DNA of 64,000 nt from Parcubacteria group bacterium. GTDB taxonomy: Bacteria; Patescibacteriota; Minisyncoccia; Phycocordibacterales; Phycocordibacteraceae. Of the stretch, positions 52,712-60,842 are shown piece by piece. A program made the position numbers and the translations under genes. The stretch is from contig JAQBRE010000007.1 of NCBI GenBank assembly GCA_028286605.1, positions 44,537 to 108,536 of the forward strand, written 5' to 3'. The stretch's first letter is position 1. Every line of letters starts with the position of its first letter. Under the pieces are notes generated by a model that worked only from the letters and a program-made list of their open reading frames with translations, ran no database searches and was not told the origin of the DNA.

Positions 52712-54928
52712 ATGTTGAAGCGGCTTGAAATCGCGGGTTTTAAATCCTTTGCGCGGAAGACCGTGCTCGATTTCTCGAACCAGACCACGGCTATCGTCGG
52801 TCCGAACGGTTCGGGAAAATCGAACGTTGCAGAAGCCTTCCGCTTCGCGCTGGGCGAGCAGTCCATGAAGAGCATGCGTGGCAAGCGCAGCGAGGATCTG
52901 ATATTCAGCGGTACGCACATGAGCGCGCGTGCGAATCGTGCCGCCGTTGCGATTGTCTTTGATAACACGAAGCGCATCTTCCCGAAGATCGATTTCGATG
53001 AGGTGACGATAGAGCGGGCCGTCTTCCGTGATGGCTCGAGCGAGTATTCGCTGAATGGTTCGAAAGTTCGTTTGCGCGATATTCAGGAACTGCTCGCAAG
53101 CGCGAACATCGGCGAGACTGGTCATCATATTATTTCGCAGGGAGAGGCGGACAGAATCCTTTTGGCAAATCCGCGTGAACGTCGCGCGATGCTTGAGGAT
53201 GCGCTCGGATTGAAAGCATTCGAATTCCGAAAGCAGGAAGCAGAGCGAAAGCTGGAGAAGACAGATGCGAACGTAAAAGAGGTCGAGGCATTGCGTCGTG
53301 AGATCGCGCCGCACATTCGTTTCCTTAAGAAGCAGGTTGAACGGCTAGAGCGCGCAGAGGAACTTGCTCGCGAACTCGCGACCGCGTGCCAGCAGTATTT
53401 TGCTATCGAGGAATTATATTTGGATACGGAGAAGACGCGCGTGATACGCGAGCGTGCGGTGGCGGGTGAGAAACTGGCGGTTGCCGAAGCAGAATTGAAA
53501 GCATTCGAAGACCGCACGACACATGATTCCGAAGGAATGAAGCACGTAGAGAAAGTGCGTGTGGCGGAGCGTGCTCTTGATGCCGTAACGCAGGAACGCG
53601 CGCAGCTGGCGCGAGAGATGGGTCGCGTGGAGGGTGCTCTGGATTCGGCGAAGCGCCGCAGCCACGCGGTGGCAGAAGAACCGTACGTGAAAGTGCCGCG
53701 TCACGACTTGGCGCAGCTGCAGAGCTCTATCGAGCGTGCAGGTGATTTGGCACACGATAGCGATCAGGCGGCGCTTCGCGCCGCCCTGGATGCGATACGC
53801 GGCGCCATAGGCGCCTTCCTCCTTCGCTTCACCGCGCCCAAAGACGAATACCTCGCCGACGAAGAGAACCAGGTCTATACGCTCGAGAATGAGCGCCAGC
53901 AGCTCGCGATGAAAGACGAAGATCTCGCTAACCGCATCGCGGATGCTCGCGCCGCGCTTGAACGCGCACGCCAAGATCGCACCGCATACGACGAGACCGG
54001 TCGCGAGCAGCAGCATCGGCTCCTTTCAGTCGCCGACTCGCGTGCAACCGAAGAAGCGAATGTGGCACGTCTTGAAGCACGACTCAATGAGCTTTCATAC
54101 CTTGCTGAAGAGTTCGAACGCGAACGCCATGAGGTGCTTGCACTCGCAGGCAGCTCGGCGCTTTCATACGAAAAACTAACCGAGCTTCCGCACGAAGATC
54201 GTCGTACGCAGGAAGAACGCAAGCGCGGCGTCGAGCGTCTTAAGATCCGCGTCGAAGAGGCAGGTGGCGGTACTGAAGAAGTGAAGAAGGAATACGAAGA
54301 TGCCGTTACGCGCGAGGAATTCCTCACACGCGAGCTTACTGATCTCGCAAAATCCGCCGAAGGTTTACGCGCACTCATTACGGACCTTGATACCGAACTG
54401 CATAAGACCTTCAGCGAAGGCCTTGTGAAGGTGAACGCATCATTCGGCGAATTCTTCAGCCTCATGTTCAACGGCGGCGGCGCGAAGCTCGTGCTTGAAG
54501 AATTCGCAACGATAGAGGAGGAAGATGACGAAGAGGAGACGAATGATGAGGAAGTCACCAACAAAGTCCGTAAGCAGGGAATCGAGATCTCCGTAAACCT
54601 TCCGAAGAAGCGCGTACAGTCCCTCATGCAGCTTTCCGGCGGTGAGCGTGCGCTCACGTCTATCGCGCTCATCTTTGCCATGAGTCAGGTGAATCCGCCA
54701 CCGTTCCTCATTCTTGATGAAACGGATGCCGCCCTCGACGAAGCGAACAGCCGTCGCTATGGCGACATGATCGACAATCTCGCAAAGAAGTCTCAGCTTA
54801 TCGTCATCTCCCACAATCGCGAGACTATGAGCCGCGCCGGCATTTTGTACGGCGTTACGATGGGCGCTGATGGCATCTCAAAACTTCTTTCCGTACGATT
54901 CGAAGACGCGGTCACGGTCGCGAAATAA
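52712..54928 (+). CDS. smc: Chromosome segregation protein SMC, short (738 aa) form
   Basis: N-terminal MLKRLEIAGFKSFARKTVLDFSNQTTAIVGPNGSGKSNVAEAF (Walker A). Central coiled coil. C-terminal LSGGERALTSIALIFAMSQVNPPPFLILDETDAALD (signature plus Walker B). Confidence 0.8.
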   Translation: MLKRLEIAGFKSFARKTVLDFSNQTTAIVGPNGSGKSNVAEAFRFALGEQSMKSMRGKRSEDLIFSGTHMSARANRAAVAIVFDNTKRIFPKIDFDEVTIERAVFRDGSSEYSLNGSKVRLRDIQELLASANIGETGHHIISQGEADRILLANPRERRAMLEDALGLKAFEFRKQEAERKLEKTDANVKEVEALRREIAPHIRFLKKQVERLERAEELARELATACQQYFAIEELYLDTEKTRVIRERAVAGEKLAVAEAELKAFEDRTTHDSEGMKHVEKVRVAERALDAVTQERAQLAREMGRVEGALDSAKRRSHAVAEEPYVKVPRHDLAQLQSSIERAGDLAHDSDQAALRAALDAIRGAIGAFLLRFTAPKDEYLADEENQVYTLENERQQLAMKDEDLANRIADARAALERARQDRTAYDETGREQQHRLLSVADSRATEEANVARLEARLNELSYLAEEFERERHEVLALAGSSALSYEKLTELPHEDRRTQEERKRGVERLKIRVEEAGGGTEEVKKEYEDAVTREEFLTRELTDLAKSAEGLRALITDLDTELHKTFSEGLVKVNASFGEFFSLMFNGGGAKLVLEEFATIEEEDDEEETNDEEVTNKVRKQGIEISVNLPKKRVQSLMQLSGGERALTSIALIFAMSQVNPPPFLILDETDAALDEANSRRYGDMIDNLAKKSQLIVISHNRETMSRAGILYGVTMGADGISKLLSVRFEDAVTVAK

Positions 54929-54955
54929 GTAACTTCAATCATATATACTTATTTT

Positions 54956-55684
54956 ATGAATAAAAAACGAGTCCTTGTTTCAGGACTAATCGTACTAATC
55001 ATAATTTTACTGGTAACGCTTTATTACAATATGGGATTCTTCTCAAAACTTAACTTCGTTTCAAAGACTCCAGATGTTAAAACGCAGATTGCTGACCTGA
55101 CTAATCTTGGCTGGTTTGATCTCACTCCTTCCACGTATAAAGAAGACGCAGAAAAGAATTTGCAAGGAACTCTAGAATCAAAATTCGTCGGCTCTGGGAT
55201 GGAAGAGAATGATCCTCATGAAAAAGAATTGATATCAAAGGGCTTTGACGGCTTGATGCCAAGCCCAGATCTTAAGATATTCAGTGATGATCCAGAAAAT
55301 TTGAGTGAGGGAAGCATCTGCAAACTTCTCAATAATATACAGGTCACCTTTGCTCTAAGAGGAGAATCTCTCGTCACGAGCTGTACTGACCATATAACTG
55401 TTTCTGAAAAGCCATCGTATTCCGTAACAGTGAATGGAAAAGACTACGAAGTGTATGATAATCCGCAACCATATAACTGGTTTTATGCTGTTGATGCCGT
55501 AGTGAAAATTACTGACGCACTACTTGAAAAGCAGGGAAATAAGAATCGCATGTATTTTTCAGCCAGTGGAGACAATAGCATTGATTTCTTATTGCTTACG
55601 CCGGAGCAATATAATTATTTGCACGAACATAGGATTGGCGGAGGATTTGGTCCCATAGTGAAAACATCAGCAGAGATGAAATAA
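54956..55684 (+). CDS. Low-GC hypothetical membrane-anchored protein (ORFan-like)
   Basis: N-terminal TM helix LVSGLIVLIIILLVTLYYNMGFF. GC is about 38-40% against about 58% in the neighbours. Confidence 0.5.
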   Translation: MNKKRVLVSGLIVLIIILLVTLYYNMGFFSKLNFVSKTPDVKTQIADLTNLGWFDLTPSTYKEDAEKNLQGTLESKFVGSGMEENDPHEKELISKGFDGLMPSPDLKIFSDDPENLSEGSICKLLNNIQVTFALRGESLVTSCTDHITVSEKPSYSVTVNGKDYEVYDNPQPYNWFYAVDAVVKITDALLEKQGNKNRMYFSASGDNSIDFLLLTPEQYNYLHEHRIGGGFGPIVKTSAEMK

Positions 55685-55715
55685 GAAAAGGCCCGCTACG
55701 CGGGCCTTTTCTTAT
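55684..55715. terminator. Bidirectional rho-independent terminator (overlaps the rnr stop)
   Basis: aagaaaaggcccgc-tacg-cgggccttttctt. Confidence 0.8.
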
Positions 55716-57715
55716 TTCGCGTCAGCGAGCGCGAAGTCGAGCTCCTTGTCCTGGATGCGTGCCGCGACGAGCTTCACTTTGATGGGATCTCCGAGCGCGT
55801 ATTCCTTTTTCGTGCGGCGGCCGACGAGGCGGTAGCGCTTCTCGTCATGATCGAAGTAATCATCCCCGAGGTTGCGGACGCTGATGAGTCCTTCAGCTCG
55901 CGTCTCTTTTATTTCAACGTAGAGGCCGCGATCGGAAACGCCGGAGATAACTGCATCGAATTCCTGTCCGACTTTGTCGCTCATGAATTCAACGAGCTTC
56001 ATCTTCACCGAGTCGCGCTCGGCTTCTGAGGCAGAAACCTCGCGCTCGCTGGAATGGCGGGCGAGCTCCTCGAGCTCTGCTATTTCCGCCTTGGTGATCT
56101 TCTCGCGTTCTGCATAGTGCTTCACCATGCGATGCGTAAGGAGGTCCGGATAGCGGCGGATAGGGGAGGTGAAGTGCGAATAGAACTCGAAGCCGAGGCC
56201 GAAGTGGCCGATGTTCTTCGTGGTGTAGACCGCTTTCGCCATAGAGCGAAGCGCTGCGACCTTAATCAGATACTCTTCCGGCTTTCCTTCGACCTGCGCG
56301 AGCAGGGCATTGATAGCCGCTCCCTTCACATGGCCGTTCTGCGAATCGAGATGATAGCCGAGGACTTTCAGGAACTGCGTAAGGTTCTCGATACGGTCTG
56401 CATCCGGTACATCATGAACGCGGTATACGACGCTGCCCTCGAGGCCTGCGGCCTCGCCTTTCTTCGAAAGGTATTCAGAAACATGCTCATTCGCGAGAAG
56501 CATGAAGTCCTCGATAAGGAGGTTCGTTGCCTTGCGTTCCTTAAGCACGACTTGCGTCGGCTTTCCGGTTTCGTCGAGCAAGACTTTGATTTCAGGGGTA
56601 TCGAATGCAATAGCACCGTTCGCAACACGGCGCGCACGGATCTTATCTGCGAGCGTACGGAGCGAAACGAGTTCTTCAAGAAATTCACCTGAGTTATTGT
56701 CTAAAATCTCCTGCGCATTCTCGTACGTGAAGCGCTTATCAGAGTGGATGACGGTTTCGCCGAACCACTGGTCTACGATCTCTGCATTCTTATTGAGGGT
56801 GAATACCGCAGAAACAGCGAGACGATCCTCATTCGGATTGAGCGAACAGAGTCCGTTGGAAAGAATCTCCGGAAGCATCGGGATGGTGCGGTCCACGAGA
56901 TATACGGATGTCGCACGTTCGCGCGCTTCGGCATCGATAGCGGTGCCGGGGCGAACATAGAAGGAAACGTCAGCGATGTGTACGCCCACTTCCGTGTTTC
57001 CATCAGGAAGCTGCTTTACGGAAAGCGCATCATCGAAGTCCTTCGCATCGAACGGGTCGATGGTGAAGGTCGTGGTGGTACGGAAATCCTTGCGAGCGCC
57101 GGAAGCGATCGCTTCAATGACTTCTTTCGTGAGCGCCTCTTTACCGGTCTCTTCGAGACCGGCCGCTTCTTTCTCTACGCCAGGAGGGAAGTTGGAATGG
57201 AAGCCTTGTGAAAGCGCGAGTGCGCGCATTTCTGTTTCGTGTACGCCGGCAGGGCCGATTATTTCCTCGAGCGTCGCGAGCGGGCGAAGCTGTCCTTTCT
57301 CCCATCCCTGGAAACGTGCGACCACCTTCATGCCAAGTGGCAGGGAATCGCCATGCATCAAAAACGGCGTGTACATCTTCTTCAGATCCGGAATGAGGAA
57401 GAACTGGCCCGGAAGCCCGAACTCAGTCGCAGGATCCGAAGGGACGATCTTTCCCACGAATGATTCACGAGCACGCTTCACGATACCTATAACGTTGCCG
57501 GTCGAGCGCGTCTGGCCGCTCTTCGGGTCCGTGTTCGTTCCGGAAACCTGGATCTTCACGATGTCATTCGGGAATGCGGTGCCAAGATTCTCGCCGGGCA
57601 CGAATAGTTCCTCGTCTTCTGAATCAGGAATCTTGAAAAATCCTTTGCCGGACTTGATAACGCTGATCGGTCCTTCGTAAATCGCTCCTTGTGGAATTGC
57701 CATATATGAATGCAC
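55712..57715 (-). CDS. rnr: Ribonuclease R / RNB-family 3'-5' exoribonuclease
   Basis: RNB catalytic region RERATSVYLVDRTIPMLPEILSNGLCSLNPNEDRLAVSAVF and a C-terminal S1-like domain (KVKLVAARIQDKELDFAL). Confidence 0.9.
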   Translation of the reverse strand: MHSYMAIPQGAIYEGPISVIKSGKGFFKIPDSEDEELFVPGENLGTAFPNDIVKIQVSGTNTDPKSGQTRSTGNVIGIVKRARESFVGKIVPSDPATEFGLPGQFFLIPDLKKMYTPFLMHGDSLPLGMKVVARFQGWEKGQLRPLATLEEIIGPAGVHETEMRALALSQGFHSNFPPGVEKEAAGLEETGKEALTKEVIEAIASGARKDFRTTTTFTIDPFDAKDFDDALSVKQLPDGNTEVGVHIADVSFYVRPGTAIDAEARERATSVYLVDRTIPMLPEILSNGLCSLNPNEDRLAVSAVFTLNKNAEIVDQWFGETVIHSDKRFTYENAQEILDNNSGEFLEELVSLRTLADKIRARRVANGAIAFDTPEIKVLLDETGKPTQVVLKERKATNLLIEDFMLLANEHVSEYLSKKGEAAGLEGSVVYRVHDVPDADRIENLTQFLKVLGYHLDSQNGHVKGAAINALLAQVEGKPEEYLIKVAALRSMAKAVYTTKNIGHFGLGFEFYSHFTSPIRRYPDLLTHRMVKHYAEREKITKAEIAELEELARHSSEREVSASEAERDSVKMKLVEFMSDKVGQEFDAVISGVSDRGLYVEIKETRAEGLISVRNLGDDYFDHDEKRYRLVGRRTKKEYALGDPIKVKLVAARIQDKELDFALADAK

Positions 57716-57843
57716 TCTACCAGATTGTTCTTCATTTTACATTTCGATTCGTTTGCTACTCTATACGTGCAGTCCTGTGAACTTGGCTCTCGAAGCTCCC
57801 CCGCTGATGAAGCCAAGCCCCACCACAGCTCTGTGCAACTTTA

Positions 57844-57890
57844 AGGGGCGGCCTAAGACGCACAGGCCGCCCCTCTTTTTATTTGTTGAA
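57844..57890 (+). terminator. Orphan + strand intrinsic-terminator-like hairpin with no + strand gene upstream
   Basis: aggggcggcct-aagacgcac-aggccgcccct followed by ctttttatttg. It is preceded by a second hairpin, cttggct...agccaag, at about 57783-57822. Confidence 0.45.
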
Positions 57891-57968
57891 CGCTTCAGCA
57901 AAGTAGCTTTTTATAAAATTCGTGGTATATTAAAAACGGATCAACAATCAACTAGGGAAGGATTCGCC

Positions 57969-58448
57969 ATGAGCGAAACGATGAAGGAACAAGTTACCCG
58001 CATGCCGACGTGGGCGAAGCAGTACGCGTTCTGGCAGTGCGTTAGTTTCTGCCGGCGCATCCTCCTCGCTTATTTTGTTGCGGCCTGCACGTTCTATGCG
58101 ATCGTGCATCAGGTCGCCCTGCTTAGCATGCTGATGCAGGAAAACATGCTGCCGTACCTGCTCGTACCGTTCGGTCTTTTCATGTGTCTCATATGCGCCG
58201 TCAACTGGCTCTCGTATCCGGACCACGTCGAGCAAGCCGAACGGGAAGGACAGGAAGAATCAGAGCGCAGCGTTCGGGCGGATCGTTTCACGCTCATGCT
58301 TTCGCCGATTATCGCCTTAGGTGCGCTTCTTCTGCCTATCGTAGGAGCCTACAGATTATCCTGGATGATCAGTGTCGGGGTCTTTCTGGTTATGTTTTGG
58401 TCGATCGTGACGTTCATCAATGGACGAAAAGAGACCTTTGGTCTCTAG
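57969..58448 (+). CDS. Hypothetical 4-TM membrane protein
   Basis: Start at the internal MSETMKEQ. Hydrophobic segments LLAYFVAACTFYAIV, LLVPFGLFMCLICAV, LSPIIALGALLLPIVGA and MISVGVFLVMFWSIV. Confidence 0.45.
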   Translation: MSETMKEQVTRMPTWAKQYAFWQCVSFCRRILLAYFVAACTFYAIVHQVALLSMLMQENMLPYLLVPFGLFMCLICAVNWLSYPDHVEQAEREGQEESERSVRADRFTLMLSPIIALGALLLPIVGAYRLSWMISVGVFLVMFWSIVTFINGRKETFGL

Positions 58449-58538
58449 CATCGCACCGGCCTCCGAACCCCTCCCGCATACACGGGCGGGGTTCTTCTTT
58501 TGACCTTTTGACCCCTATCTGGTATCGTTGGCTCCACT

Positions 58539-59015
58539 ATGTTGATGATCCGTTTCCAGCGCATCGGCCGCAAGAATGATCCTGCGTTCCGTATGCTCGT
58601 GCTCGAGAAAGCGTCCGGCCCTAAGGCGGGCAAGTATGTCGACCTCGTCGGCACCTATAACCCTAAGACTAAGGCCGTAACGCTCCAGCCAGAGCGCATC
58701 AAGGACTGGGTCGCGAAGGGTGCACAGGTTTCACCTTCACTCATGAACCTCCTTATCTCAAAGGGCGTATTCGAAGGAAAGAAGAAGAACGTCCTTCCCA
58801 TGAAGACCTATCCCGTTCCAGCTCCTGTCGTTGAGGAAGCACCTGCAGCACCAGCACCCGTTGCTGAGGCACCAGTAGAAACTGCTGCTGAAGAAGCGCC
58901 AGTTGAAGTAACTCCTGAAGAAGTCGCGACCGTTGAGGAAGCTCCGGTTGAAGAAGCCGCTGTCGAAGAGGCGCCAGCTGAAGAGGCTGCACCTGCAGAA
59001 GAAGTCGCTGCGTAA
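58539..59015 (+). CDS. rpsP: 30S ribosomal protein S16 with Ala/Glu/Pro-rich C-terminal tail
   Basis: MLMIRFQRIGRKNDPAFRMLVLEKASGPKAGKYVDLVGTYNPKT matches the S16 family. Confidence 0.9.
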   Translation: MLMIRFQRIGRKNDPAFRMLVLEKASGPKAGKYVDLVGTYNPKTKAVTLQPERIKDWVAKGAQVSPSLMNLLISKGVFEGKKKNVLPMKTYPVPAPVVEEAPAAPAPVAEAPVETAAEEAPVEVTPEEVATVEEAPVEEAAVEEAPAEEAAPAEEVAA

Positions 59016-59092
59016 GCAGCTGCTCTTCATGCATTTTTCGTTCTTCTATTGTCATCCTGTACCGATACCCTGTAACACTCTGAAAACCTTTT

Positions 59093-59398
59093 ATGGATAT
59101 AGACCAGCAATTTCTCGAATACGTAGTCAAAGCGCTTGTAGATAATCAGGACGCCGTCGTTGTTGCACGCACCGTAGACGAAATGGGCGTACTCCTTACG
59201 CTCACCGTTTCTCCGGACGATATGGGTAAGATCATCGGTCGTGATGGAAACATCGCGAAAGCGCTCCGTACGCTCCTGCGCGTCGTCGGCATGAAGCACA
59301 ACGCCCGCGTGAACATGAAGATCAACGAGCCAGCCGGCGGCAAGCGTTTCGGCGAAGAGCGTTCTCTTGAAGACGTCATCGGTGACATAAACCAGTAG
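59093..59398 (+). CDS. KH-domain RNA-binding protein (UPF0109/YlqC-like)
   Basis: VVARTVDEMGVLLTLTVSPDDMGKIIGRDGNIAKALRTLL carries the KH GxxG-type motif IIGRDG. It sits in the conserved rpsP-KH-trmD context. Confidence 0.8.
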   Translation: MDIDQQFLEYVVKALVDNQDAVVVARTVDEMGVLLTLTVSPDDMGKIIGRDGNIAKALRTLLRVVGMKHNARVNMKINEPAGGKRFGEERSLEDVIGDINQ

Positions 59399-59419
59399 CG
59401 CCAACTGCGCAGCACACTT

Positions 59420-60115
59420 ATGCTTCGCTTCCATCTCATAACGCTATTTCCTGAGGCGTGCGATGCGTATCTGAATGCATCGATACTCGGGCGCGCTCGC
59501 ATGAATAAGAAGATCAAGGTGGATTATCAGAGTCCGCGTGATTTCGTTACGAACAAGTGGGGAAAAGTCGATGAGCGCCCGTATGGCGGCGGCCCCGGCA
59601 TGGTCATGACCGCGCTGCCGGTGGTGAAGGCGGTGAAGAAGTCGCTTACGCGACGCACCGGAAAGATTGCCATCGTGTGGTTCGTTCCTGGTGCGAAACC
59701 TTTCAATAATAAAGAAGCTGATGCGCTCGCGAAGTTTGATGACGTTGTGCTGGTCTGCGGACGCTACGAAGGCATTGATGATCGCGCGCAGAAGATGATC
59801 AAGACGATGGGAACGCTCAAGACCTATTCCGTTGGCGAAGCGACGCTCACGGGCGGGGAGGTTCCTGCGATGGCGATCGTGGATGCGGTAACCCGCCGCC
59901 TGCCTGGCGTGCTCGGCAAAGACGAATCGGTTGAAGAACGCCGCGTTGCCTCGCGCGCCGTGTATACCCGTCCTGAGGTAATCGAGTGGGAAGGGAAGAA
60001 GTATCCAACCCCAAAGATCCTCCTTACAGGCCATGCAGCTTTGATTGAAGAATGGCGCGGCGGAACGCTGGAAACCACGAGTGCCAAGAAAGCCATAAAG
60101 AAGGCTTCAAAATAG
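59420..60115 (+). CDS. trmD: tRNA (guanine37-N1)-methyltransferase
   Basis: MLRFHLITLFPEACDAYLNASILGRA ... DERPYGGGPGMVM matches the TrmD SPOUT motifs. Confidence 0.9.
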   Translation: MLRFHLITLFPEACDAYLNASILGRARMNKKIKVDYQSPRDFVTNKWGKVDERPYGGGPGMVMTALPVVKAVKKSLTRRTGKIAIVWFVPGAKPFNNKEADALAKFDDVVLVCGRYEGIDDRAQKMIKTMGTLKTYSVGEATLTGGEVPAMAIVDAVTRRLPGVLGKDESVEERRVASRAVYTRPEVIEWEGKKYPTPKILLTGHAALIEEWRGGTLETTSAKKAIKKASK

Positions 60116-60214
60116 GACATATTTGCAGGCTATTGACAAATACGCTTAAAAGGCGTATATTAGTAGGGAACCACTGACCTTTCCATTCACACCACATTCT
60201 GTTGGGAGAACCAC

Positions 60215-60553
60215 ATGATCAACTTGATCTTCGTTCCGATTGTCATTGCGATCATCGCAGCGATTCTGACCCTGATCCTCGGTGGATTTCGGTCCTTCAC
60301 GAACCTGGCCTTTCTGGTTCCGGTCGTGATTACTGGTCTCATCACCTTCGCCTACGGCCATCCGTACAACTACTTTGCCGACAAAGCGGAATTCGATTAT
60401 GACCGCATCGGTCTCGGCATCATCTGCGCCATCTCCGGCATGGTGATCGGCTGCCTGCTGCGCCGAGGATTCGATTTGAGTCGTCAGGACGAACCTGTCG
60501 TACTCAATCGCCCTGGCCACATGCCTGGTTGCAAGGTCAACCGCTTGGTTTGA
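60215..60553 (+). CDS. Small hypothetical membrane protein (112 aa)
   Basis: Two or three TM helices (MINLIFVPIVIAIIAAILTLILGG, LAFLVPVVITGLITFAYG, IGLGIICAISGMVIGCLL). Confidence 0.4.
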   Translation: MINLIFVPIVIAIIAAILTLILGGFRSFTNLAFLVPVVITGLITFAYGHPYNYFADKAEFDYDRIGLGIICAISGMVIGCLLRRGFDLSRQDEPVVLNRPGHMPGCKVNRLV

Positions 60554-60582
60554 CACGAACATGGTGGGGAATCAAAAATACG

Positions 60583-60618
60583 AAGGCGGGCACCAATTCT
60601 GGTGACCCGCCTTTTTCT
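60583..60618 (+). terminator. Rho-independent terminator
   Basis: aaggcgggcacca-attc-tggtgacccgcctttttct. Confidence 0.75.
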
Positions 60619-60650
60619 ATACCTATTCACATAATATTCACGGCCCTCCC

Positions 60651-60679
60651 TTGACCCGATATGGTAGGGAGGCTATACT
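60651..60679 (+). promoter_or_regulatory. Candidate sigma-70 promoter for rpoB
   Basis: TTGACC at 60651-60656, a 17-nt spacer, then TATACT at 60674-60679. A 160-nt leader with two hairpins follows (about 60756-60780 and 60780-60801). Confidence 0.45.
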
Positions 60680-60842
60680 GGTTTTAACCAGAACGGATTG
60701 AGTGGCGGCAGGCACTCTGGCGGGCACACCGGGCTCCAACGAAATAAAATACACGATTTACAAGCGTCTCGGAAACGAGAGACGCGGCTCATGGTACACA
60801 TGAGCCCATTTGGCGTTTCCGGGCTTCACTTTTACCTACTCT

